The position numbers were made by a program, and so were the translations under genes. A DNA stretch of 64,000 nucleotides from Geopsychrobacteraceae bacterium (lineage in GTDB: Bacteria; Desulfobacterota; Desulfuromonadia; Desulfuromonadales; Geopsychrobacteraceae): assembly GCA_963662315.1 (NCBI GenBank), contig OY759353.1, forward strand, positions 2,880,001 through 2,944,000, given 5' to 3'. Below the pieces are notes generated by a model, which had not been told where the DNA came from, did no database searches, and saw only the letters and a program-made list of their open reading frames with translations. Within the stretch, counting starts at the first letter, position 1. Each line of letters starts with the position of its first letter. Positions 31,794-41,598 of this stretch are shown here, piece by piece.

Positions 31794-32798
31794 ATGAGGA
31801 AAATGCTGGTTGCAATACTGATGGTTTTGCCGGCCTGCGGCTTTGCTTCAGCGGCGGAATACAAGATCGATGTATCTCTCGACACGCCACCGAGCCATAT
31901 CAGGAATTTATCGTTTGTTGAGTTCGCCAAGGAAATTGGAGAGAGTTCCGGCGGACGTATAGAAATGAATATTTTCCACAGCGCGTCTCAATTCAAAGGT
32001 GGAAATGTTGCCAAGGCTCTGGCACAAGGAGCACTGGAAATGGGAGCCCCGGCCTTCCATCATTTGTCGAAATTTGTCCCTGACTCCGGGATTGTTCTGC
32101 TGCCGATCTTTTATGGCGCATCCCTCAAGCAAATCTACGCTTTTTCAGATGGTCCAATGGGGCAGGAACTGTACGACCGGGTCGAAAAAAAGATGGGCGT
32201 TAAAGTTCTTGGCCGCCCGCTCGACTTGGGTTACGGAACCGTTTTTACTGGCAACAAGAAGCTGGAAAAAACGACCGATATGGTAGGAATGAAAATGCGC
32301 GTTCCCGGTGGTGCAGCAACCCTTGAAAGATACCGGGTGTTGGGTGCAAGTCCGGTGAAAATCGGCTTGGCAGACCTCCCTCAGGCCCTCCAGCGCGGGA
32401 CTGTCGATGGCATCTGGTCAACTCAGGAGACGGTTCGTTCCTCAAAACTGTGGGATGCCGGAATCAAATATGCTTTTGATGACAAGCAGAGCTATGTTCA
32501 ATACATTCCGATGATCAATGGAAAGGTCTGGAAATCTCTGCCGGCCGAGCTGCAGAAGCTGATGGTGGATACCTGGGAAAACACAGTTGAAAAAGTACGT
32601 ATTCTCGCCAAAGAAACCCAAGAAAAAGCTCAGCTGATCAATGCTGAAAACGGAATCGAAACAGTTGAACCTGCTGCTGAAGATCTTCAGAAAATGAGAC
32701 AGAAACTTCTGGCCAGCCAACCGACTCTTGTTGAAGATCTGAAAATGGATGCAGATTACGTTGCAAGAGTTCAGGCGGCGGTTGACGCGGTCAAATAA
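31794..32798 (+). CDS. dctP: TRAP transporter substrate-binding protein
   Basis: Signal peptide, GMKMRVPG, ALQRGTVDG. Confidence 0.88.
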   Translation: MRKMLVAILMVLPACGFASAAEYKIDVSLDTPPSHIRNLSFVEFAKEIGESSGGRIEMNIFHSASQFKGGNVAKALAQGALEMGAPAFHHLSKFVPDSGIVLLPIFYGASLKQIYAFSDGPMGQELYDRVEKKMGVKVLGRPLDLGYGTVFTGNKKLEKTTDMVGMKMRVPGGAATLERYRVLGASPVKIGLADLPQALQRGTVDGIWSTQETVRSSKLWDAGIKYAFDDKQSYVQYIPMINGKVWKSLPAELQKLMVDTWENTVEKVRILAKETQEKAQLINAENGIETVEPAAEDLQKMRQKLLASQPTLVEDLKMDADYVARVQAAVDAVK

Positions 32799-32808
32799 TT
32801 AATAAGTC

Positions 32809-32841
32809 AAAGGCGCGGCGGGGGACTGCCGCGCTTTTTTT
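32809..32841 (+). terminator. Hairpin after dctP (terminator or mRNA stabiliser)
   Basis: AAAGGCGCGGCG...TGCCGCGCTTTTTTT. Confidence 0.55.
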
Positions 32842-32854
32842 CGAGGAATGGCGA

Positions 32855-33367
32855 ATGAAACTGTCAGCGGTCTATGAAAAGAGTATCGAATGGATTGCCG
32901 GGGCTTGTGCAATGATCGCCTTGTGCATTGTCTGTATCGAGGTCTTCCTACGTTATTTCTTCCCCATGCTGCTTCCTGACTGGGGGAGGGAAATCGTTAT
33001 CTACCTTTTTGCCTGGGCAATAATGCTGGTCGGCGGACTCTTGATAAAAGAGGATCGACATGTCAGGGCTGATTTAGTGAATGAGCTTTTTCCAGAAGCA
33101 TCATTAAAGTATTTCGACGTCATTGTTGCTCTCATCGGCATTTTTTTCTGTGTCGCATTAACCTGGTTCGGGGTGAAAACTGTTCTTTTTGCGAAAACAT
33201 TTGAGGAGGTGAGCGATTCATCGATTCAGTTTCCGATGTACCTATTTTATCTCTGTCTTCCGGTCGGAATGTTGTTTATGAGTCTGCACTACGTTAATAG
33301 TCTGGTCAAAGCGATTCAGACAATTCTGGGGGGCGTGAACATTCAGCAGGAGGCTGATCATGAATAG
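32855..33367 (+). CDS. dctQ: TRAP transporter small permease
   Basis: Four TMs, HVRAD motif. Confidence 0.85.
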   Translation: MKLSAVYEKSIEWIAGACAMIALCIVCIEVFLRYFFPMLLPDWGREIVIYLFAWAIMLVGGLLIKEDRHVRADLVNELFPEASLKYFDVIVALIGIFFCVALTWFGVKTVLFAKTFEEVSDSSIQFPMYLFYLCLPVGMLFMSLHYVNSLVKAIQTILGGVNIQQEADHE

Positions 33368-34640
33368 TTCTCTTCTTGGCCTGCTGTTTGCCGTGCTGAT
33401 CGCCATCAGAACGCCTATCTTCCTGACCTTGGGCGGTTTGGCTCTACTGATGTTCTGGATCGATGGCGAACCACTGATCAGCCTGGCGCAAATTGTTGTC
33501 GATCATCTCAATTCTGAAACTCTGGTTGCTATTCCGTTTTTCGTCATTGCTGCAGCCTTTATGACGGAAGGGGGCATTGCCAAAGCGCTGATCGATTGTG
33601 CCAACGCCTGGATCGGTCGAGTTCGTGGCGGGTTGGCGATTGTCTGCGTCGTTGCAACGACAATCTTTGCCGCCATCTGTGGTTCGTCAGTTGCGACGGC
33701 CATGGCAATGGGTGCTATCCTGATTCCAGCGATGAATCGTCAGGGTTATGACAAGCGTTTTTCCCTCGGCATTGTTGGCGCCTCCGGCACTCTGGGTATT
33801 CTGATCCCCCCTTCGCTGGCATTTATCGTTTACGCCATCATCGCTGAAGAGTCGGTTCCGCGACTGTTTTTGGCTGGGGTCATCCCGGGGTTGCTGCAGG
33901 CCGGTATGTTTATCGCCATTGCGCTTTTCTATGCCTACAAACGTGGTTACCCCAAAGGGGAACCGCTAACGCGTGACGAGTTTATTGCAGTCAATTTACA
34001 TGCACTTCCTGCTCTTTCAGTTCCGGTTATTGTGCTGGGAGGGATTTACAGCGGAATTGTTACGGTAACTGAAGCAGCTGGTCTGGCCGCTCTTGCTGCG
34101 CTGTTAACGAGTGTTGTCTTCTACCGTGAGTGCTCGGTGAAGGATATTATCCCGGTGATGGCACGCGGAATAAAAAGCACTGCTGCTATCGTTTTCATCA
34201 TCCTGATGGCAATGGCTTTTGGTCATTGGATCACCGGTTCTGGGCTGCCACAGAAACTTGTTGAATTTGCAGCAGAGAACCAGATGAAACCGTGGATGTT
34301 TCTGGCCTTCATCAATATTTTGCTGCTGTTTCTGGGGATGTTCCTGGAAGTTTTTGCGATTATGTTGATTGCTCTGCCGATCCTTCTCCCAATACTCGAC
34401 TCATTGGGAATCAACCTGATCCACTTCGCCGTAGTGATGACAATCAATATGGAACTCGCGCTGTTGACGCCGCCGGTCGGACTGAATCTGTTTGTTCTTT
34501 CCTCCGTTGCCAAAGAACCGATGAGTGAGGTGGTCAAGGGGATCGTACCTTTTGTTATCGCTCTGTTTATTCTGCTGATTATCGTTACTTATATTCCACA
34601 AGTGTCGTTGTGGTTGCCGAATCTGATTTACGGATATTGA
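33360..34640 (+). CDS. dctM: TRAP transporter large permease
   Basis: AIPFF, GTLGILIPPS, LTPPVGLNLF. Confidence 0.9.
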   Translation: MNSSLLGLLFAVLIAIRTPIFLTLGGLALLMFWIDGEPLISLAQIVVDHLNSETLVAIPFFVIAAAFMTEGGIAKALIDCANAWIGRVRGGLAIVCVVATTIFAAICGSSVATAMAMGAILIPAMNRQGYDKRFSLGIVGASGTLGILIPPSLAFIVYAIIAEESVPRLFLAGVIPGLLQAGMFIAIALFYAYKRGYPKGEPLTRDEFIAVNLHALPALSVPVIVLGGIYSGIVTVTEAAGLAALAALLTSVVFYRECSVKDIIPVMARGIKSTAAIVFIILMAMAFGHWITGSGLPQKLVEFAAENQMKPWMFLAFINILLLFLGMFLEVFAIMLIALPILLPILDSLGINLIHFAVVMTINMELALLTPPVGLNLFVLSSVAKEPMSEVVKGIVPFVIALFILLIIVTYIPQVSLWLPNLIYGY

Positions 34641-34654
34641 GAAAGGGTTGAGTT

Positions 34655-35005
34655 ATGCCGGTTGTTCGAATTTTTGTTGATGAGCCATGCTGGGACAAAG
34701 TCAAACAGAATGTCCCCACACTCGGGAATGATATCCATCAGTTGCTGATCGAAGGGATGAAAGCGCACCCCGAGAGCTGCCAGATTCTGTTCACGCAGTC
34801 GCTAATGCCGCATCAGGTTCCTTCCGTTTACGTCGATTTTCAATACCGGGCTTCAGAGGCGCGGACAAAAGAGGTTGTCCAGCCGGTCGCTGACAAGATC
34901 GCTGGGATGATAGCCGCTTGTGCCGGGGTGTCTTGTCGGACCAGAGCTTTTGCTATTGATGTCGAGACGTTGATCGCAGCCGAAGGGAAAGCTATTCATA
35001 CTTAA
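34655..35005 (+). CDS. Small protein, possibly tautomerase/isomerase superfamily
   Basis: Starts Met-Pro (Pro1 as in tautomerases); last gene of the TRAP operon. Confidence 0.5.
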   Translation: MPVVRIFVDEPCWDKVKQNVPTLGNDIHQLLIEGMKAHPESCQILFTQSLMPHQVPSVYVDFQYRASEARTKEVVQPVADKIAGMIAACAGVSCRTRAFAIDVETLIAAEGKAIHT

Positions 35006-35023
35006 GCCCTATTTCTAGGTAAA

Positions 35024-35197
35024 TATTTACCGGCCCTCTTCGGAGGGTCTTTTCCGTTCCTGATTCAATTGAACAATTTCAGGAAATATAAGCTTACGAG
35101 TTCGTACGGTAAATTCATGAATGACCCATTTCAAATATCAGGATTAAACATTTGAATTTGAAGTTGAGTGCTTAAATTAATGAATTTCAAATATTGG
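35024..35197 (+). repeat. 174-bp direct repeat, copy 1 (begins with terminator hairpin GGCCCTC-TTCG-GAGGGTC-TTTT)
   Basis: Matches 44842-45015 with one mismatch seen. Confidence 0.92.
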
Positions 35198-35440
35198 GAT
35201 ATATGAAAAATGCCGTCGGGGAAAATCCGGCGGCATTTCTGCTTCATAAGGTCTAAGTTTTAAAATTCGCCTTCCACTAGTCGCTTGAAGCCTGTATAGG
35301 CAGATCCGCCTAACTTTGATAAAAAATCCACACAAAACTGAATAAAATCAGGTATGGTGAATACTTAGAAAATTTGATAAAAATCTAATAATGATATAGG
35401 CAGGCAGGTTTGTGTCTTTATTTACAGGTTTATACAGACC

Positions 35441-35460
35441 TACCTAATTGTGGTTAGCTG
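35441..35460 (+). other. Putative integron attI-like recombination site
   Basis: ACCTAATTGTG/GTTAGCT: core GTT 19 nt before the cassette ATG, nearly complementary to the cassette-end GGCTAAC; upstream direct repeats TTTGATAAAAA(A)TC near 35316 and 35373. Confidence 0.55.
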
Positions 35461-35472
35461 CAAGGAGGCTTT

Positions 35473-35931
35473 ATGTCCGAGTACAAGCTGACTGAGGAAA
35501 TAATCAACCGATCCCAGTCAAAAGTCTGGGATATGGCAAAGCTCGAATGGAGCTTGTATCAGATATACGAGGCTGAAGAGCCGGAAACATGTCTTTGCGG
35601 GCATTTCCCAATAATCGAAATATGCACTCTTAGGAATAAATTAAACGGGCAGTTTGCAACAGTAGGAAACTGCTGCGTAAAGAAGTTCATAGGCTTGCCA
35701 TCTGACTTGATCTTTCAGGCGGTAAAGCGTGTTAGAAAAGACAATCAGAAGTCCTTGAATGCTGAAGCCATCCAACATGCATATGAAAAAGGATGGATCA
35801 ATGAGTGGGAGTATAAGTTCTCAATAGACACTATGAGAAAGAGGAATCTATCTCAAAAGCAACTTCAATCACGAATGAAGGTAAACGAAAAGATGCTTGC
35901 CAATATGAGGCGTAGCAGCAGTGGCGGCTAA
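35473..35931 (+). CDS. Integron gene cassette 1: hypothetical protein with putative Zn-binding residues
   Basis: RBS AAGGAGG; CLCGH...VGNCC; stop codon lies in the attC inverse core. Confidence 0.75.
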   Translation: MSEYKLTEEIINRSQSKVWDMAKLEWSLYQIYEAEEPETCLCGHFPIIEICTLRNKLNGQFATVGNCCVKKFIGLPSDLIFQAVKRVRKDNQKSLNAEAIQHAYEKGWINEWEYKFSIDTMRKRNLSQKQLQSRMKVNEKMLANMRRSSSGG

Positions 35932-36959
35932 TCGGGTAGCCGGGGGTTTTGCTCCCCCAGCCCCCACACCACCCGGCATGCGGGTCCGCTACCCAAGCGC
36001 TTCGATGAAACTACCGGGCCGTAGCCGGGTAATGTCGCTTCACCCACAGGACTTTGACAGAAACTAAACCCTGATCCTTCAACCATTGGTTGGTCATGCC
36101 GGTATGTGCCGCCAGCCGGCGGGACATAGCCCACGGACCGTTGCGGTTCTGGCCATTAGGCGCGCATTGCGCCGTCGGCCGGCTGGTTAGATGCTGGCGG
36201 TTCCTTTGGAGAGACGAAGCCCGAGTACGAACCCTTTAAAGAAGGGCGTTTTGTGCTTACTATTTGTCGCCCGCCTGGGACAAATAGTAAGGCGTCGTGC
36301 GGGGCGCAACACCGCGACCTTGCTTGTTTCATTTCAATCATAAAAGACGAAACCGCCGGGTCCCGGCCCGGCAGCCGGATTCATTTTTTCCAGCGATGAA
36401 AAAACGAATCAAAAAAATCTTTTAGGTCAAGGTAACTGACGATAGCTGTGTTGGGCTGCGGTTAAAGGTTGCTGGGTGCAATTAACCGGCAGCCCACGCT
36501 GCTGTCGCAGCTAATGGGCAAGGGCGTTAGTTGGTGCGGAATGCCGTGGGATTATCGGTATTCGTTTTTAAATCCATTATCCATCAATAATGCGGTTCTG
36601 GCCATCAGGCGCGCATTGCGCCGTCGGCCGGCTGGTTAGATGCTGGAGGTTCCTTTGGAGAGACGAAGCCCGAGTACGGACCCTTTAAAGAAGGGCGTTT
36701 TGTGCTTACTATTTGTCGCCCGCCTGGGACAAATAGTAAGGCGTTGTGCGGGGCGCAACACCGCGACCTTGCTTGTTTCATTTATATACTGTTTCTGTTC
36801 GTCGGCTCACAACTTTGCACTCGGGCGTCCTCCAGACCTCTCCTCACGGAGACGCCCTTGCCGTCGGCTAGTACTTTAATGACATCACACATGTGTGATG
36901 CTAGGATTCTACGTACAGGGGACTTACACCCCATAAGATCACGCCCGTGCCGGGCGTAC
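35931..36959 (-). mobile_element. Group IIC-attC intron, internally deleted (both ends intact, RT mostly lost)
   Basis: Minus strand starts GTACGCCCGGCACGGGCG after exon TTGT and ends with DV/DVI ...GCGGACCCGCATGCCGGGTGGTGTGGGGGCTGGGGGAGCAAAACCCCCGGCTACCCGAT; maturase C-terminal remnant ...MTNQWLKDQGLVSVK.LWVKRHY. Confidence 0.85.
36145..36420 (+). repeat. Structured non-coding repeat (MITE/REP-like), copy 1
   Basis: GGTTCTGGCCAT...CTTACTATTTGTC-loop-GACAAATAGTAAG...; further copies at about 36595-36785 and 44519-44750. Confidence 0.8.
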
Positions 36960-37028
36960 ACAAGGCAAATTAACTCGGATACAAATTCCGCTGCGCTCCA
37001 TTTGCACCGGTTATTTGCAACGTTAGGC
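36960..37028 (+). other. attC site of cassette 1 (right part; left 5 nt at 35926-35930)
   Basis: Rejoined: GGCTAAC-AAGGC-AAATTAAC...GTTATTT-GCAAC-GTTAGGC, 74 bp with R and L boxes. Confidence 0.85.
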
Positions 37029-38094
37029 AAAAAAACATACCCCCTTATAGAAGCAGGTAAAAATGAGTTTTACAGAAGCGAAACATGAGTTTGACAATAA
37101 ATACGGAACGGCAACAGAATACGACTGTTTCCTAACCGAGCATTTGACTTTTGGACGAAAGACCAATTTCAAAAAAAAGAACGGTCAACGAAACGAGCAA
37201 TATTACAAATGGCAATTCCTGTATTCTATTGTGCAATCAGGACTTTTTGCCAAAGACTATATCGGGACAGAAGTTCAATTCCCCAAAGGCAATAAATCTT
37301 CTGCACCGCTAAAACTTGACGGAGCAATTTTTGACGACATTACTTGGTTTGACAAATACAAAGACTACCACGAAAACGGAAACAACGAGAGTTTAGAGTG
37401 GCTTCGAGAACATTTAATTGTTGCGCTTGAATTTAAAAAAGAAGATAACAAAAATGTTACTGATGTTTGGGACAAACAACTCAAAGCATATCTAAACGAA
37501 AGTCGCAGGCCTTTTTGTTTGGCTGTTTTGTATGACAGTGAAAGACTTTACTTATTCCGAAAGCACAATAACAAGTTTTTACGATACAGCGAAGAATTTA
37601 ACACCAAAGGAGAAGAAAGCAAAACCAAAGAACTTGCTTTACACCTACCCGACCCTTACTTAAACCTACCAAGTTTTGATGACCTTTTAGAGTGGACAGA
37701 AACGCAAGCCGTTGACCGTTCCAAAAGAGCAATTACCGACTTAGACATAATTTCAGGAGTTCATTCAACGCAAATCAATGATGCTATGAGTAGCATTTTG
37801 CGGACAATGGACAAAGTAGGAATGGTAAACCAAAAAGGTTTTGAAATTCTTATTCAAATTCTTTCGCTGAAAATCTATGATGAAAAAAGAAACGAAAAAA
37901 CACCAAAGCGTTTTTTGGACTTTTACATTACAGACGAAGAAAAGAATTTCAAAACCCTTGCAGACAAACCACTTCAAGAGTTTATCAAGCGCTTTAACGC
38001 CTTAAGAGATGAAGCAGCAGGAACTTATTACCGAATATTAAAAGATAATCCGCTGAACGTAAAAAACGAAAATCATATCAAGGTTTTAATTGAA

Positions 38095-39792
38095 CCTGAA
38101 TCCGTGAGTAAACAAACTTAAAACTGTTTTCGATCTTTGACAATCAGCTGATTTTACAGTGCTTTTCTGCTATTCTTGAATCGCATCGAATTTCACCCAA
38201 GGAGTTTTGGTTGTGACATTTCCCCGGTTCAAGCTTGAGCAGTCAAAGCAGGAATTTTACACCTCTCAGTCTGGCCTGGCTCTGGTCGGTGTGGCATTGA
38301 ATCGCTATACCTCGCTGGCTTCGCGGGTCGATAAAGCGGCTCCCAAACGGGGAATCGCCACGTCCGATGTCCTGCGCAGCTATCTGGGTCTGCTCTGTCA
38401 GGGTAAAAGCGATTTTGCCGCTATCCATCCTTTTTTTGAGGACGATGAGTTTTTTCGGACCTCGTTGGGGCTAACCAAAACGCCCTCACAGGAAACATTG
38501 CGGCAGCGTCTCGATCAGTTCGCCGAGGTCTTGCGGATCATCGTCGACTTCTGTTCGGTGGAGTTTCTCAAGAAAGCCAAGGCACAACTCTCGCCATTGT
38601 CCACTGGGCATATGCCTCTTGATCTGGATGTTTTCACTCTCGACAACTCGGACACCAAGAAAGAGGGTGTCTCCTACACGTATCGAGGCTTTAACGGTTA
38701 CGCCCCTCTTGGTGTCTGGCTGGGACTGGAAGGCTGGTGTTTGGAGATCGAACAGCGTCCCGGTTCCCAGCATGCTCAGGAAGGATTTATCCCTCTGCTG
38801 TTACGGGCCTTGCACAAAGCCCATCAGCTAACCGACGCCCCACTGCTGGTGCGACTGGACAGCGCCCATGATGCCCTGGCGACATTGATCGCCCTGAAAG
38901 AGCAGAAGGCCGACTTCATCATCAAATGGAATCCGCGCAACACCGATGTTCCGATCAAAGCCACGGAAATCTTTGCCCACGGCAAGCTGGTGAAAGACAC
39001 CAAGGACGAACGGATCGCCATCATGACGGAAACGGTTGAACGAACCTACAACGATGGCGAGGGCAAAGACAAAACCATCAAGGTACGTCGTGTTCTGCGT
39101 GCCTCTGAGCGCTGGTTTGATCGAAACGGTCCACTTCTGGTTCCCGATATCGAGATTGAAGGCTGGTGGACCAGTCTCTCCAGCAACAAGGAGACGATCA
39201 TCGAACTCTACAAGGGGCATGCCCTGTGCGAGCAGTATCATTCCGAACTCAAGACCGACCTGGATCTGGAGCGGCTGCCATCGGGCAAGCTTGCGACCAA
39301 CGCTCTGGTGATGAGCTGTGCCGGGCTGGCGTACAATCTGTTGCGGGCCATCGGCCAGGTCGGTCTGATGGACAAAAAACAGGCCCGTCGAGCCAAACAG
39401 CGTCGGCGCCTCAAAACCGTACTGCAGGATTTGATGTACTTCGCTGCCCGATTTCTTCGTCACGCCCATGGCTTGATGCTGCGATTCAGTTGCCATGCGA
39501 TCAGGCAGGCACAGGCTTTCATCAAGACCTATGAGCATTTTGCCTATGACTAATGTCGAAACGCATCAGTACAGTGCTGAAAAATACCGCGGCCAAGGAC
39601 GTGCACAGTCACGCACGTCCTCAATTTACAAAGGAGCAAGACGAACGAAAAAATAATCAGCTGAATTGTCAAAGAACGTAGCTACCTGTGCTCATCGGAG
39701 TAGATCAGGTCAGCTTTGAATCAAAATTGACTGCGAAAATGGGTTCGCAGGCAAAGCGTGAAAGTGCCGACTGGCTACCTCACGGATTCAGG
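38095..39792 (+). mobile_element. IS1380-family insertion sequence, copy 1 (1698 bp)
   Basis: 14-bp terminal IR CCTGAATCCGTGAG / CTCACGGATTCAGG; 4-bp target duplication TGAA. Confidence 0.9.
38207..39553 (+). CDS. IS1380-family DDE transposase
   Basis: LDLD...NS.TKKEGVS.TY.GF.GYAPL, VRLDSAHD, EQYHSELKTDLDLERLPSGK. Confidence 0.88.
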   Translation: MVVTFPRFKLEQSKQEFYTSQSGLALVGVALNRYTSLASRVDKAAPKRGIATSDVLRSYLGLLCQGKSDFAAIHPFFEDDEFFRTSLGLTKTPSQETLRQRLDQFAEVLRIIVDFCSVEFLKKAKAQLSPLSTGHMPLDLDVFTLDNSDTKKEGVSYTYRGFNGYAPLGVWLGLEGWCLEIEQRPGSQHAQEGFIPLLLRALHKAHQLTDAPLLVRLDSAHDALATLIALKEQKADFIIKWNPRNTDVPIKATEIFAHGKLVKDTKDERIAIMTETVERTYNDGEGKDKTIKVRRVLRASERWFDRNGPLLVPDIEIEGWWTSLSSNKETIIELYKGHALCEQYHSELKTDLDLERLPSGKLATNALVMSCAGLAYNLLRAIGQVGLMDKKQARRAKQRRRLKTVLQDLMYFAARFLRHAHGLMLRFSCHAIRQAQAFIKTYEHFAYD

Positions 39793-41598
39793 TGAAGTTG
39801 TCTATCAGTTTCAAGATTATTCTTTCGTTCGTTCTCACAAAACCGACCTTTATCAGTTGGTGTTTTACAAGTTCGCTACACCATTTTCAAAAGACCAAAA
39901 TGCTCAATTTGTTACACCACTTCCTTTAATTGACTTTTTGGTAAGTATTGTAAATCCCAGAAATGGCGAAACCGTAATTGACCCAACCGTAGGTATTGCC
40001 GATTTTCTTTCTGTTTCCTATGTGAACTCAAATAGCAAGTTGGACGACAACAACATTTTCGGGATGGACATTGACGACCAAATGGTAATGCTTGCAACTT
40101 TGAATATGCTTTTGAATGGAGACGGAAACGCCAAAATTAAAGCAAAAGCAGGTTACGGCTCTTTACTTTCTAAGTTTGACCACAAAGGCGAAATTCTTGA
40201 CCTTGTGCCGACAATGAACCAAAAAGGAAATTGGGACGACAGACCTGACGATAACCAACTTAAAAAATTTGATGTAGTTCTTACCAATCCACCATTTGGC
40301 GAAGACCGTGCATTTGTTCCAAAAGACGACAAAGATTTGGAAATGATACAATGCTACGAGCTTTGGCACTTGTATAGCAACAAAGGCGAAGAGCAAGCAG
40401 CAGGCAAAAAGAAGAAAGCCGAAAAGCAAGCGAGCAAAATAGATTTAGGAGTAGTGTTCCTTGAAAATGCCTACCGCATTTTGAAAGAGAACGGCAGAAT
40501 GGGAATTGTTTTATCCAACTCCATTGCCAGTATTGACACTCATAAAATTGCCCGTAAATGGTTAATGGACAAAATGAGAATTGTTGCAATCTTTGATTTG
40601 CCAGCCAATGTATTTGCCGAAACAGGTGTAAACACTTCAATCATTGTTGCCTACAAGCCAAACGAAAAAGAATTAGCAAAACTGAAAGAGCAGAACTATC
40701 AAGTATTTTTCAAAGGCATTGAAAAGGTTGGTTATGAAGTAAAGACCAGCAAACGAGTAAAATTCTTCTCGCCTAACTATAAAATCAATTACGAAAACTT
40801 TGAAATTGAAATTGACAAAGACGGACGAGCCTTGCTTGATGAAGAATTTACAGAAACCGTTGCAGATTTTAAAAAATGGTGTTTAAGCCAAGAAAAACAA
40901 TTACAAGACAATTTTGTCAAGGCTAAGTAACATGAGCAATAGTTACGTTAAGACACCAACTGCAATTTTGTTTTCTCATATTATAGAGAAAGACTTTACT
41001 CTTTCTTCTTCACAGTATATGGATTTGGTTATGCCCAATGAAAATTTCTTGTTTGTAAGGAATTTTCTAAGCAGACCATTACAACGTAAGGATTTAGGCG
41101 TTGAAGTCGGTTCATTGAATTATATTGGGAAATCAACTCATTATTTCCTAAGAACAAAAGCACTTCAACAGCATACATTTTTACCAGAAGTTACAAGCGA
41201 AACAGCATTACCAATAATGCCAAATTGCTTTATGAAAATGAATTTGAAACAAGGCGATTTGATTATTTCCAAAGACAGCAATATTGGCGAAATAGTGATT
41301 TTGGATAAAGATTATCCAAACTACATGCTTTCAGGTGCTTTATACAAATTGCCAGTTTCAGAAAATAAATACTATTTGTTGGCATTTATCAAACACAATG
41401 TTTTTCGGGAGCAGTTAGACTTTATGGTTCCCAAAGGCGCAACCATACGCCACGCTAAAACTTTGTTTTTGGATTGTAAAATACCAATGCCAAATCACAA
41501 TTCAAAAAATACAATCAAATTTGTTGAGCTGCTAACTCAAGCAATTATCAGTAAAGAACAACTTATAAAGAATAGGCACGAGAGCATTTTAAATCACA

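Larger units (their letters stand above)
37063..40930 (+). pseudogene. Restriction-modification nuclease-N6-methyltransferase fusion (type IIG/IIB-like), interrupted by IS
   Basis: N-part has PD-(D/E)xK-like LDGAIFD...LEFKK; C-part has IDPTVGIADF and VLTNPPFG; removing the IS and one TGAA restores KVLIEVVYQF in frame; AT-rich. Confidence 0.82.

Noticed and set aside
35308..35460. GCCTAAC (35308) to GTTAGCT (35454) as an upstream attC
   Set aside because: About 150 bp, no clear L boxes and no upstream cassette ORF; attI reading preferred but not proven
35928..37088. Short ORFs in the intron/repeat region as real genes
   Set aside because: They are maturase remnants or chance frames across non-coding repeats and attC
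38828..39538. 236-aa antisense ORF in the IS (also 42332-43042)
   Set aside because: Shadow of the transposase frame
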